64,000 nucleotides of DNA from Eledone cirrhosa (taxonomy: Eukaryota), in contig OZ024759.1 in NCBI GenBank assembly GCA_964016885.1, positions 14,074,001 to 14,138,000 of the forward strand. The letters are read 5' to 3'. Below are positions 35,575-47,223 of this stretch, in pieces (position 1 is the first letter of the stretch; each line of letters opens with the position of its first letter). The position numbers and the translations under genes were made by a program. The notes beneath the pieces are model-generated. The model had not been told where the DNA came from. It did no database searches and was given only the letters and a program-made list of their open reading frames with translations.

Positions 35575-36140
35575 TGGTCGTGTAGGTGCCACAACAAAAA
35601 GCACCCAGTTCACACTGTAAAGTGGTCATGTAGGAGACACGGTAAAAAGGCTCCCACCCAGTCCACAATGTATATGTGGTTGGTGTTTGGAAGGGCATTC
35701 AGCCATAGAAAACCTTCCAGATACAGTCCTATACAAGTGAGACACGGTCACCCGACCAATCTTGGTTTAAGTGGGACAATTTGTCTAACCCATGCTAGCG
35801 TGGAAGATGGACATTAAATGACGATGATTATGATGATATATGTATGTATGTGTGTATATATATATATATATCATCATCATCTTCACCGTTTAACGTCCAT
35901 TTTTCCACACTAGCATGGGTTAGGAAAATTGTCCTGTTGTGAGCAATGCCAGGTGAGGTGACCGTGTCCTGCTCCTACAGAACTGATTTTAATTTGTTTT
36001 CTACAGCTGGATGGCCTTCCTACACATTTACTGTGTACTGGGTACTTTTTTTTCGTGGCACCTACACAACCACTTTACAGTGTGTACAGGGTACTTTTTG
36101 ATGTGAGACCGACAAGACCACTTTATAGTGTGGGCTGGGG
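35575..36140. mobile_element. Pair of same-family SINEs in tail-to-tail inverted orientation
   Basis: The + copy ends CTAACCCATGCTAGCGTGGAAGATGGACATTAAATGACGATGA; the - copy begins TCATCATCAT...TTTAACGTCCATTTTTCCACACTAGCATGGGTTAG. Confidence 0.8.
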
Positions 36141-36164
36141 GCTTCACTAAATGTACTCTTCAGC

Positions 36165-36195
<31 letters not shown>

Positions 36196-37079
36196 ATGTG
36201 TGAGAGTCATTGCTAAGGTAATATATGTGTGTGTGTGTCATTTCTGAGGTTATATATATCTTTCTCCTCTTTTCCAGAAATTTTGTAAAATCAAAAAATA
36301 TTTCTGTTTTATTTTAATATTTTTTCCTCCTTAGAAATCCCCCTCTCCCTATCACTCTAACTTCTACCACAGAAACTGTAAAAACAATTGAAAATGTTCC
36401 AAACTTTGATTATTGTCTTATATTTTTAAAGTTTTATCCCCATGCCCGATGTTTAGAGTGCAAACAGGAAAGAACAGCCCAAGCACCTGACTGGACGAGA
36501 GATAAAGATGGTGGCCTGGAACTTTTGTAAAGTCTTTCATCACAACTTTAACAGTTTTTTTTTTATAGTTGAAAGGTGTGTGTGTGTGTGTGCAAGTATG
36601 TATTTGTGTATATTTTAATTTCCAGCACAGGCCAGTATCGATAAGTGTTGGTGATTGTGATGGGGTTGATTGGTGGTGATGATGATGATGATGATGGTGG
36701 TGATTGTGATGGTGATGATGGTGGTGGTGATGGTGACATCAGTAAAAAAAATAACAAAGCTATCTGCACTAACAAAATTTAAAAACTGCCTCAAAAAAGA
36801 CTTTTAATTCTTAAAATAAACTCTTCAAATATTGAAATTAACAGTTCACTCTCTCTCTCTCTCTCCTCTTTCACACACCCTCACTCTCTTACACACACCC
36901 ACTCTATCTCACACACTCTCTCTCAAACATGCTATCTCACACCCACCCACTCACCCCCTCTCTCATACACTGTCTCTGTTTCTCTTTCTCTCTCATGCTC
37001 TCATTGTCTCCCTTTCTCATTCTAACATTCTCTCTTTCCCTTTCTCAATCTCACACACCCTCATTGTCTCATTCTCACA

Positions 37080-37128
<49 letters not shown>

Positions 37129-37416
37129 ACTCTATCGTGCTCTTTCTTCATGTTTTTTCTCACTTTCTCTTGCTGTTTGTTCTCACCTAAATTTTTTTTG
37201 TTTTTTTAGTAAATATTTGCCTTGTCCAGTAAGCCAGGAGTCCCTTTTCTTCCTCCTTTCCATTGTGTGCCGTCCCTGCCCCTAATCCTGTTGTATTTCT
37301 ATGAAAAAAGAATTGTTCATCCATGTTTCATGACATTTTAGGACACAAAACAAACACCGCAAGGCAAGAAAAAAAATAAAATTCGTATTTTAGAATTTGT
37401 TCCATTTTAATTTTTC

Positions 37417-37456
<40 letters not shown>

Positions 37457-37842
37457 TATGGATGTGGTGTGGGGATTTTGATCTTATTTCTAAATATTTT
37501 CATGACTTGCCTATTTTTCTGTTTAAAAAATAAAAATTTTAATTATGAATTTCATTATCTAGTAATTTAGTTTAAAATTATAAATTAATCATTCTGTTGT
37601 GACCCCCCTCCACTGAAATTTAAATTACTATTTGAAATAGATGGGATGAAATAAGTTTCGTGCCAATCGGAGCACGGGTTTCCGAGATACGGGTATTTTC
37701 CGGGTACCTTCATAAATAGAGAGAGAGAAAGAGATAGTAGCTGTGAGAGAGTAGATTGAAAGAGAGTTATACCTATGTATATTTTAATTATTTAAAATTT
37801 ATTTTTAAGTGAACGTCACTCAACGGGTCACGGGTGGTCTAG

Positions 37843-37885
<43 letters not shown>

Positions 37886-38306
37886 CTGGGAGTTACCAGT
37901 TTAGACAAGACCATTGTTCAGCTTTGAACATGCTGCTGAATCAGCAAGAGCTCAGCTGTCGGGCAGTAACTCGTGTGTGTGTGTATATTCATTTCATTTT
38001 ACGTCCGCTTTTCCCTGCTTGCAAGGGTGGGACGGGAACTGATTCTGGCTTGATTTCTACAGCTGGATGCCTTTCCTAACACCAACCTCATTTACAGTGA
38101 GTGCTGGGTGCTTTTTTGCCGTGTCACCTCCACGACCACTTTACAGTGGAATGATAGGGACTCCAGTCCTATCAATTTATTTCTACAGCTGGAGCAATGT
38201 GAAATAAAGTGTCTTGCTCAAGGAAACAACACATTGCCCGGTCCGAGAATTGAACTCACAACCTTTCGATTGCAAGGCCAATGCTCTAACCACTGAGCCA
38301 TGTGCC

Positions 38307-38701
38307 TATATATATATATAAAAAATAAAATGGGCAACGCATTTCCAGTTTTCATCTGATTTTGTTCAAATTCGATACATATGCTATTAAACTCTCAAAC
38401 CATGTCAACAAATGGTTTAAATCTTGCTCTCCTCTAGAATAACAGAGTTCTGGGGCTACATAAAGACGGCCATGTTGAGGAGTGAGGGGGCCATTATTAA
38501 CAGTGGCAAAGGTGGAGGAAGACAGTCGTGGTAGCAGTGTTAGTAGAAAAATACAGATAGGATGAGGCAAGTCTTTATTGACAGTGGTGAAGGTGGAGAA
38601 CAAGAGACAGTATCTGTAGTAATTACAGCCAGAGTACCTTAATTCAGTGATTCATTTCATCTTATTAAGGTATGCCCAGTAACGACGGGCTATTTTGCTA
38701 G
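38307..38701 (+). mobile_element. Non-autonomous Helitron-like element
   Basis: 5' CTATATATATATATAAAA; 3' hairpin GCCCAGT-AACG-ACGGGC, then TATTTTGCTAG|T. Another CTAG|T end with a GC-rich subterminus lies at ~37822-37843. Confidence 0.6.
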
Positions 38702-38869
38702 TGTGTATATATATATATATGTATATGTATATATATGTATATGTATATATTTCACAATTGTGTACGGATTAATTAGTCATTCAAATTTCAACACAGCCGG
38801 ATTTTTAAATTTTATTTATGATTTTCCCAAGTACTTTAGTGTCTTCTGGGACATATTAGAGTGGAATGG

Positions 38870-39085
38870 TAATCTACAGTTCTACATCATCCGTGTCACA
38901 TTTGGACCTACAGCCAGGTAATCTAGTCCTACATCATCCCCGTGTCACATTTGAACCTACAGCCAGGTAATCTAGTCCTACATCATCCCCGTGTCACATT
39001 TGGACCTACAGCCAGGTAATCTACAGTTCTACATCATCCGTGTCACATTTGAACCTACAGCCAGGTAATCTAGTCCTACATCATA
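38870..39085. repeat. ~50-bp tandem repeat, 4 copies
   Basis: CTACATCATCC(CC)GTGTCACATTTG(G/A)ACCTACAGCCAGGTAATCTA. Confidence 0.9.
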
Positions 39086-39099
39086 CATCATACAATCAT

Positions 39100-41530
39100 A
39101 CATCAAACCACACAGCTCTTTAATATCCTCAGAGCTGCTGCGAGGAAAACAACCACTGATGTTTTCATAGCAAGCAACTTCAATTACCTTGAAATTGATT
39201 GGGAAACCTTTCGTTGGCAGCAAAATGCAAATGATTTCCTTGAACTAGTCCCAAGTAGTCACCTCCCCCACAAAAGGTAACACTTTGGATCTGCTCTTTA
39301 CTACTACTCCTGAAATGATTATTAGTGTCACTACTGAGGAACTTTTAGGTGACTCTCATCATACTATGATCATTGCCAATCTATCTCTTATGGGCAGTAA
39401 CAAAAACTACAACCATCTCCAAACTACTCGTTTTAACTGGAATTCTTACTGCACTGAGCTACAATGCCCCAACTGGCTTGAATTTTACAACTCTGGAGAA
39501 GTGAGCACTATACTCCTGGACAGCATGTGCAGCATCTACCATGTAAGCACAAAAAACATGCCCAAAGTGTAATTTGGGAAACTGCAGCAGTCCGATTTGC
39601 CAGGAAAGAATGTCATAATGCTGAACGGGAATACAGACTACAGAGGTTAATAGAAAAAGAGCAATAGATCATCTAACCATCTCAAGCAGGTGACAAAAAA
39701 AAGGCAGTGTTTGAATTTGAAAAGTGTATAGCAACCAACCCTGACAGTAAAGTGTTCTGGAAATATGTATGTTCAAAGCAGAGATCTCACTCTCTAGTTA
39801 GTCCGCTTCGTAATCTCCACACAGGCCGGATTACTGACAATCTCAAAGAATGTGCAGAACATATTGCTGAATGCAGGCATTATTACTGTTGAAAATCAAA
39901 ATGTACCATCTCCACTACCTCTGACATCAAATTCTATAACTATGGAATTTACACCTGCAATGCTGTAATGCCACCTTAAGAATAAGTGCAACTATGCCTC
40001 TCCTGGTTGTGATGGTGTTACGTACCTGCTTCTCAAACGTGGTGAGTACTTTCTTCTGCATCAGCTTTCACTCTTCTTTCAAATCTCCCTTAACAATGGT
40101 GTTACTCTAGAGCAGTGGAAAACTGCCAGTGTCATTCCTCTGTTCGAAAAGGGTGATCGCACAAGGCTTGTCAACTATCGTCCAATCATCTTACTAGCTG
40201 TATTACCAAACTGATGCAATCTAGTGTCAAAGAAACACTCCTAAACTTCTGGAACCCTCACAGTCTTATCCGGCCCTCGCAATTTGGATTTCTCTCTAAC
40301 TCCAGCTGCTGTGATGAACTCATCGAGTTTCTTGAAGACATTACCCGAATCACTGATGGCGGCTATCTTGACTTTGCTAAAGCTTTTAATTTTGTGCCAC
40401 ACAAAAGACTTATGGCAAAATTCTCTGCAATGGGTGTGAGAGATGATCTTTATAACTGGTTGAAGTCTTCATTCTCAGTCGAAAAGATGTAGTTCGGGCC
40501 TAGGACAGCATTCTACACTCTGAGATGACATCTGGTGTACCACAGGGTTCATGGTCCCCTTTTGTTTTTTATTACTATATTAATAACATAGATGCCAATA
40601 TAAAGAATGCCACAGTACTGAAATATGCAGATGACATCAAGCTGTACCTTGAGATAAAGAAGACAGCTTCTATACACTATAGATCTTTCCTGCAATCAGA
40701 CCTGGACAAAATGCACTAATGAATTACAGACTGGCAACTCAAGCTAGTGGTGGACAAGTGTACTACCATGCATTTTCGGAGAGAAAAAACAGCTTTTACA
40801 TACTCCATCCACAACACCAATCTCAAGCAGTCTTCATGTGACTGTTACCTAGGCATCATTGTAAACAGCGATATGTGTTTGACAAAACACGTCTAAAATT
40901 GGCATAAAGGCCGACGGTGTCTTAGCATCACTCGGTATGACCTTTGTCAGCCGCTCTCCAGCTATCTATTTAAAGCTGTATATAGCTATGGTGCGGCCAC
41001 ACTTAGAATTTGCATGACCAATTTGGAACCCCTATCTTGCTCTGAATATTGATCTGGAAACTGTTCAGAGATGTGCAACCAAACAAATACCCTCCATCAG
41101 GAATCTACCGTACTCTAAACGCCTTGCTTCCCTGAGCATGGATACATTAAAGCACCAACAACTCGCAGCTGACTTGGTAGACACCCACAAGATTATTTTG
41201 CCAACAACAACCCTGAGCACCTTTTTGAATTTCATGTGTCTAACAAACATGGACATGCTTTCAAAATCAGAAAACAGTACAGCTCCCATGACTTTCGGAA
41301 ACATTTTTTCACACTCAGAGATGCGGAAGCATGGAACAAACTACCTGCATCAGTTGTTAGCTGTCAGGACACTGCATCTTTCAAAACCTCCATGCTTCCT
41401 AAAATTCCCCAACACTACACCTGATATTACCCCTCCATACACACATACATTTTTGTGAGTGTTTGTGCCTGTGTGTATATCATGACTCGTGCACTGTTGA
41501 CTTTCCTGATGTTTGTACATTATTCTATAT
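39100..41530 (+). mobile_element. CR1/L2-group LINE, 5'-truncated, with disrupted ORF2 (endonuclease + reverse transcriptase)
   Basis: Fragments across frames: GNTLDLLFTT...LGDSHH (APE endonuclease end), SKVFWKYV, QWKTASVIPLFEKGDR...NYRPI, QFGF...YLDFAKAFNFVPHKRL, SGVPQGS, KYADDIKLY, VRPHLEFA, RKHFFTLR.AEAWNKLP. Many stops and frameshifts. Confidence 0.9.
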
Positions 41531-42954
41531 ACAATACATGCACCTTTGGTGTTTCTGTTGGTCTGTATGCCTAGCCTGTGGAGTATATACAGATAGTATA
41601 GTGGCTGTTGTATTACCCAGACTAGTCTATGTTTAATTCTTCTATCACATATCTTGACTACCTCCATTACCTGGTCTACTTACTTTTCAGATAGGAATAT
41701 ACTTATCCCACCCAATCATTATATTGCTACACACCCAGAATAATTTGTATTGGTGTCTCTTGACTATAACGAATCTGGCTGAAATGGCCCAACACCTAAC
41801 TTCTTCATCACAGCACACATCTTGTCTCCTCTCTAACATCTCACAACACTTGTCTTTTATTCTTCCGACATTTATAATATAAAACATGAGACTTGATGGA
41901 ACGAGGGGGGGGGGGTACTGCAATGACTGTCATTCTATTTTCCTGGGCTTTAGGGGCCGCACGGCCGTAAGAAATTCGGTGAAGAAAATGTGTACTAGGT
42001 AGACAACGGAATTTATGGGACGAGTTATGGTATATAGATATTTATTACACCAAGTATGAGAGAATAGCATAATCTCTCTCTCCATATATATAGAAATGCG
42101 ATTGATAAGGTAAGCAAGATAAATATATACTGTGGTCAGTATGATGAACTAAACCAAGGCTATGCTCCAGCATGGCCGCAGTCTAATGACCGAAACCAGT
42201 AAAATATAAAAACATACAGACATGCACACACGCAATTTAGCTAAGCGACAAAAATTATAGTCAAGGGGAGATAATCAAAAAGAGAGAGATAGATACAGAA
42301 ATAGAGAGAGGGAGAAAGAGAGTAAAAGAAAAGAGAGAGAGAGACATACGTAAACAATGAAATAACGAGGATTAAATTACATTAAATTATTTCATTGATT
42401 TACCAACGTTATATATATACACAAATAATATATATTGTATATAATAAAACACATATTATGAATATATCAATCCATATATTTATATATATACATTTGTGTG
42501 TACAAATATAGAGACTTAGGTTATGGATGGAGCTTTAGTTTCTCAATATGGTGATAAAAAGTATCGTAGAATTGATGTTTTATGGAGTTATTTACAGTGT
42601 TTTGTTACTGAAAGATGTCAGGAAAATATTTAAATATCTCTCTAGAGTTGTAGGGGTTTTACTTGCTTGTAATTCCACATTAATTCTAGGGGAGAAAAAA
42701 ATATATCTTCAACAAGTAGTAATAACGGGTGACGATGAAATTGAATTATACACATATATATATATATATATATATCCTCAATTGATTATATACCAGGCTT
42801 GTTGTAGTGTGTAAAGTGTTGTCGTAATTGTAAGGTTTAAAATTCTATAGTAGAATTGTGTAAATTATACACACCAATAGATAAAGTAATATATAAACTT
42901 CCTCAAAATTAGCTAAAACTATATAAACATCTTTATAAGTATAAAGAAAGTCCT

Positions 42955-43190
42955 CAAGCGTAGAAATGCTATAAAGATAGCTTATAATATAGGGTGAAGA
43001 CCCTTAAAGGACGTAAAATGAAGTTATCAACGGCCGCTATGAGGAATTGAACGTCATATCTTCCAGATATCTTCTGTATCAGAGATATGTGGTTCAATTC
43101 TATATAGCGGTAGTTTGCAACTTCTTTTTCCGTCCTTTAAGGGTCTTATACCCTATTTTATAAGTTATCTTTATAGTATTTCTGTGCTAG
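42955..43190. repeat. ~235-bp foldback, one per macrosatellite unit
   Basis: AGAAATGCTATAAAGATAGCTTATAATATAGGGTGAAGACCCTTAAAGGACG vs CGTCCTTTAAGGGTCTTATACCCTATTTTTATAAGTTATCTTTATAGTATTTCT; same family as arms at ~34615-34700 and ~35440-35530. Confidence 0.85.
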
Positions 43191-43229
43191 ATCACCTTCA
43201 TTACACTTATATATGTATAAATACATATA

Positions 43230-43366
43230 TCCTCAGAATATCAAAAGCCGAAATTTCGGCTTCGTTCGTTGTTAATAAAATAACTACTTTAATTTACGCT
43301 AAATTTTTCCTGTAAAGATAAAATGCCGGTGTACCTAGCTTGGTACCAGACGGACGGGACAGCTAG
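43230..43366 (+). mobile_element. Short Helitron-like element, one per macrosatellite unit
   Basis: A|TC...CTAG|T junctions and GC-rich subterminal CCAGACGGACGGG; a related 5' end lies at ~35268. Confidence 0.5.
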
Positions 43367-44204
43367 TATATATATAAATACTACAAAGAGAGAAACCCGA
43401 ATAGGCGTCAAAAGTATGGACGGAAAGGTAGTTGACTGACACGTTAGAAATAGCAGCTAATGACAATGAATCCAATGAAATAACTACGTAACAAATAAAC
43501 TAAATAGAATTGACATGAAGCAAAGGCAATAAATTGTTTTTAAAATGAATTATTTAAAAAATCACATTTTTGTATTCATAGATATATATTTATATATATA
43601 CACACAGAAACACATACATATACACACAAGTATATATACATTTAAATACAATATATTGACAGTGGAATTTTATAGACGGTTAATGTGGAAAGCTGCCGTA
43701 TATATATATATATATCACCATAACCGCTTAACGCCCACCTTCTCTGCCAGCAAAGGTTGGACTGATCTACATAGACCAAGTCAGTAGTAAAGTGGGGCTA
43801 CTGATCTCCTAGATAGACCAAGGGTTCTGCATCTTTCTTATGTAGTCTTACGTTCTATAGGTGCACAGGAGAGGTTGTCATGTTTTCACACAAATGAAGG
43901 GTCATCCCAACCCTTTCTTTAGCAAGTTTTCTACGTCTTGATGCCCTTCCTAACACCAACCACTATACAGGGTGTACAGAGTGTGTTTATCGTGTAGGTC
44001 ACCTACACTAGGGAGGCTATATTGTCCCTGACACGACTGCAGAACCCTACCAACCGTTTCTTTGGAAAGATTTCTAAGGCTGGTTGTCTTTCCAATCACC
44101 AACCATTTTACAGTGTGTACTGTGTGTGTATATTGTTCCAGATTCTGAGACAGTGTGCTAGAGAAAGTCATGATGTGGTTTAGAAAAAGTGTAACTGAAA
44201 TGAT

Positions 44205-45490
44205 ATTTGAACACTTGCCCCGTCTCATGCTCAAAAGAGGCATGGAAGACTCAGTATAAGAAGCTGCTGACTGAAGAAAATAAATGGGACAGTGAGGGCC
44301 TACTCCATGTAAACCCAACTGAGAAGATGGTCAGCATTGTAATAGATAAAGCAATTAATGACATGAAGGTAGTGGAGGCAGCTGGACCATCCTGTATAGT
44401 TACTGAGAGGCTAAAATCATCTGGCATGGTATGATATGAGTTAGTCACACGTATAGTTAATCAAGTAGTACGGGATGGTGTCATATGCAATGATTGGACC
44501 AGCTATATCATTGTAAATTGCTACAAGGGCTAATAATACACATTAGAAAGAAGCAACTTCATAGATATAAAGTTGATGGACCAAGTTAAGAAAGTTACTG
44601 AAAGGGTTATAGCACAATAATTGGGAACAGAATCAAGTTAGATATGATGCAATTTGGATTTATGATAGTTAGGGGTGATGCCAATGCCCTCTTTTAGTTA
44701 AGATAACAACAAACGGGCTGGAGATGGCCTTTGATAGGGTTCCACACTCTACAATCTGTGCATGCCATGTATAGATGAGCAACGAGTTCAGAGATGAATT
44801 TGAAGTGCAGGTGGGGCTCCACAAGTCTTCACTCCTCAGTCCATCCCTGTTTATCATTGTCCTTCAGGTTATCACTGAGGACATTAAAACTGGTACTCCA
44901 TGGGAGCTCCTACATGCAGATGACCTAATCCTCAGCTGAATCTATAGGAGAGTTAGAGGCAAAATTTCAAGCAGGGAAGAAGAAGCCAATGTTGGATGGT
45001 CTAAAACAGTAAACTTAGCAAATACTTAATAAGTAGGATAGAGAACAGGAGGATGATAACATCAGGGAAGAGGCCTTGTTTGATATGTGAGAAAATATAT
45101 AACTTCCATACAGTGTAATTTTAAAACATACAAGAGGTCTGATATTGCAGGTGGGCTAACAGAAAATATAGACTTTGTATGTGGCAGATATGTAGGAGAA
45201 GTAATCACTAAGAGCACACATGAAATAGGTTCCTTCAGTTTATAGGGAAATTCCTCAGAAGTAGTTGACAACTTTTCTTACCTAGACCATCAATTAGCAG
45301 TGGGAGAGCCGGTGCTAAAAGTGTAATAGCTAGGATAAGAACAGGCTAAAAGATGTTTATAGAGCTGCTACTGCCACTGAATGCAAATGGCTTTTCTCTC
45401 AGAGAGAAGAGTAGGCTGTATGATGCCTGTGTGCGAACTACAATACTACATGGTAGTGAAATATGGATTTTGACTGCAGAAAACATTTGC
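44205..45490 (+). pseudogene. RTE-clade LINE reverse-transcriptase remnant, repeated in each unit (~48651, 53124, 57577, 62043)
   Basis: KEAWKTQYKKLL...AAGPS; FEVQVGLHKSSLLSPSLFIIVLQVITEDIKTGTPWELLHADDL; RLYDACVRTTILHGSEIW; multiple stops. Confidence 0.85.
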
Positions 45491-45839
45491 AAATTTCTAC
45501 CTTTCTGCCTCTCCTTTTGCTAGTCATACTTGGTACCTTATGTCTCTTTTAGCTCCCTGGTATTGCTTTCTGTCTCTCCCATTCCTCTATTGTCTTCAGA
45601 CTTGTCTTTTTCTTTTAATGTCTCTTCCTTTCTTATCCTTCCACCACCACATCACCATTTGTCTGTCTCATTTCCTGGTCAGAATGAAGCTTATTTGGCT
45701 TGTGTGTCCACCTGATTGGTAACTGACCAGGTAGCTGACTATTTTCTTGAGTGTTATGTTGCAGATGGTTAGATCAAGAGAATAAGAGAACTCCAGAAGT
45801 CTAGACCCCTCCCCATTTTTTGTACTGTAAGTCTAGCAT

Positions 45840-46170
45840 CTATATACAACATGAAATCCATCATGTCCATTGATGTCACCAACTTTGACAATGAGATCAC
45901 TGCCATTTGTTGTTGATGTAGCCAACAAGAGGACCTCATAGAAGTGGTCTTTCTGCTGGTCTCTATGTCTAACATGTGGAGTATATACAGGTAGTATAGT
46001 GGCTGTTGTATTACCCACGACTAGTCTATGTTTAATTCTTCTATCACATATCCTGACTACCTCAATTACCTGGTCTACACATTTTCCAGCTAGTATACTT
46101 ATCCCACCCAATCATTATTGCTACACACCCAGAATAATTTGTACTGGTGTCCCTTGCCTATAACGAATCT
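45840..46170 (-). pseudogene. RTE-clade LINE endonuclease remnant, repeated in each unit (diverged copy at ~41547-41770)
   Basis: GISILAGKCVDQVIEVVRICDRRIKHRL...VYTPHV...KDHFYEVL...IVKVGDINGHDG matches the APE-type VYAP / GDFNGHVG motifs. Confidence 0.8.
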
Positions 46171-47154
46171 GGCTGAAGTGGCCCAACACCTAACCTCTTC
46201 CATACGCCACACATCTACTCGTCTCCACCATCTCACCACTCTTGTCTTTCATTCTTCCGGCATTTATAGTATAAAATATGAGATTCCTCACTTGATGGAA
46301 CGAGGAGGTATGGGGAGAAGGTCATGACTGTCATTCTCTTCTCCTGGACTTTAGGGGCCGCACGACCGTAATAAATTCGGTGAAGAAAATACGTACTAGG
46401 TAGACCACGTAACTTGTGGGACGAGTTATGGTATATAGATATTTATTACACCAAGTATGAAAAAATAGCGTAATATCTCTCTCTTATAGACATATATATA
46501 GAAATGCAATCGATAACATAAGCACGGTAAATATATTCTGTGGTCAATATGATGAACGAAACCAAGGCTGTGCTCCAGCATGACCGCAATCAAACAACTG
46601 AAACCAGTAAAATATAAAAACATACAGACATGCACACACGCAATTTAGCTGAACGAGAAAAATTATAGTCAAGGGGAGATAATCAAAAAGAGAGATAGAT
46701 AGATACAGAAATAGAGAGAGGGAGAAAGAGAGTAAAAGAAAAGAGAGAGAGAGACATACGTAAACAATGAAATAACGAGGATTAAATTACATTAAATTAT
46801 TTCATTGATTTACCAACGTTATATATATACACAAATAATATATATTGTATATAATAAAACACATATTATGAATATATCAATCCATATATTTATATATATA
46901 CATTTGTGTGTACAAATATAGAGACCTAGGTTATGGATGGAGCTTTAGTTTCTCAATATGGTGATAAAAAGTATCGTAGAATTGATGTTTTATGGAGTTC
47001 TTTACAGTGTTTTGTTACTGAAAGATGTCAGGAAAATATTTAAATATCTCTCTAGAGTTGTAGGGGTTTTACTTGCTTGTAATTCCACATTAATTCTAGG
47101 GGAGAAAAATATATCTTCAACAAGTAGTAATAACGGGTGACGATGAAATTGAAT

Positions 47155-47223
<69 letters not shown>

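Noticed and set aside
42590-42640. Minus-strand acceptor TTTTCCTGACATCTTTCAG followed by (x)TKHCK*
   Set aside because: Too short, and no matching upstream exon or donor could be identified.
43230-43366. Idea that Helitron rolling-circle replication generated the 4.45-kb array
   Set aside because: The array's left boundary (41547, or the ~42250 identity switch) does not coincide with either Helitron-like end.
43950-44318. 122-aa minus ORF and other short ORFs conserved in all units
   Set aside because: Conservation simply reflects recent duplication; they overlap SINE and antisense LINE sequence.
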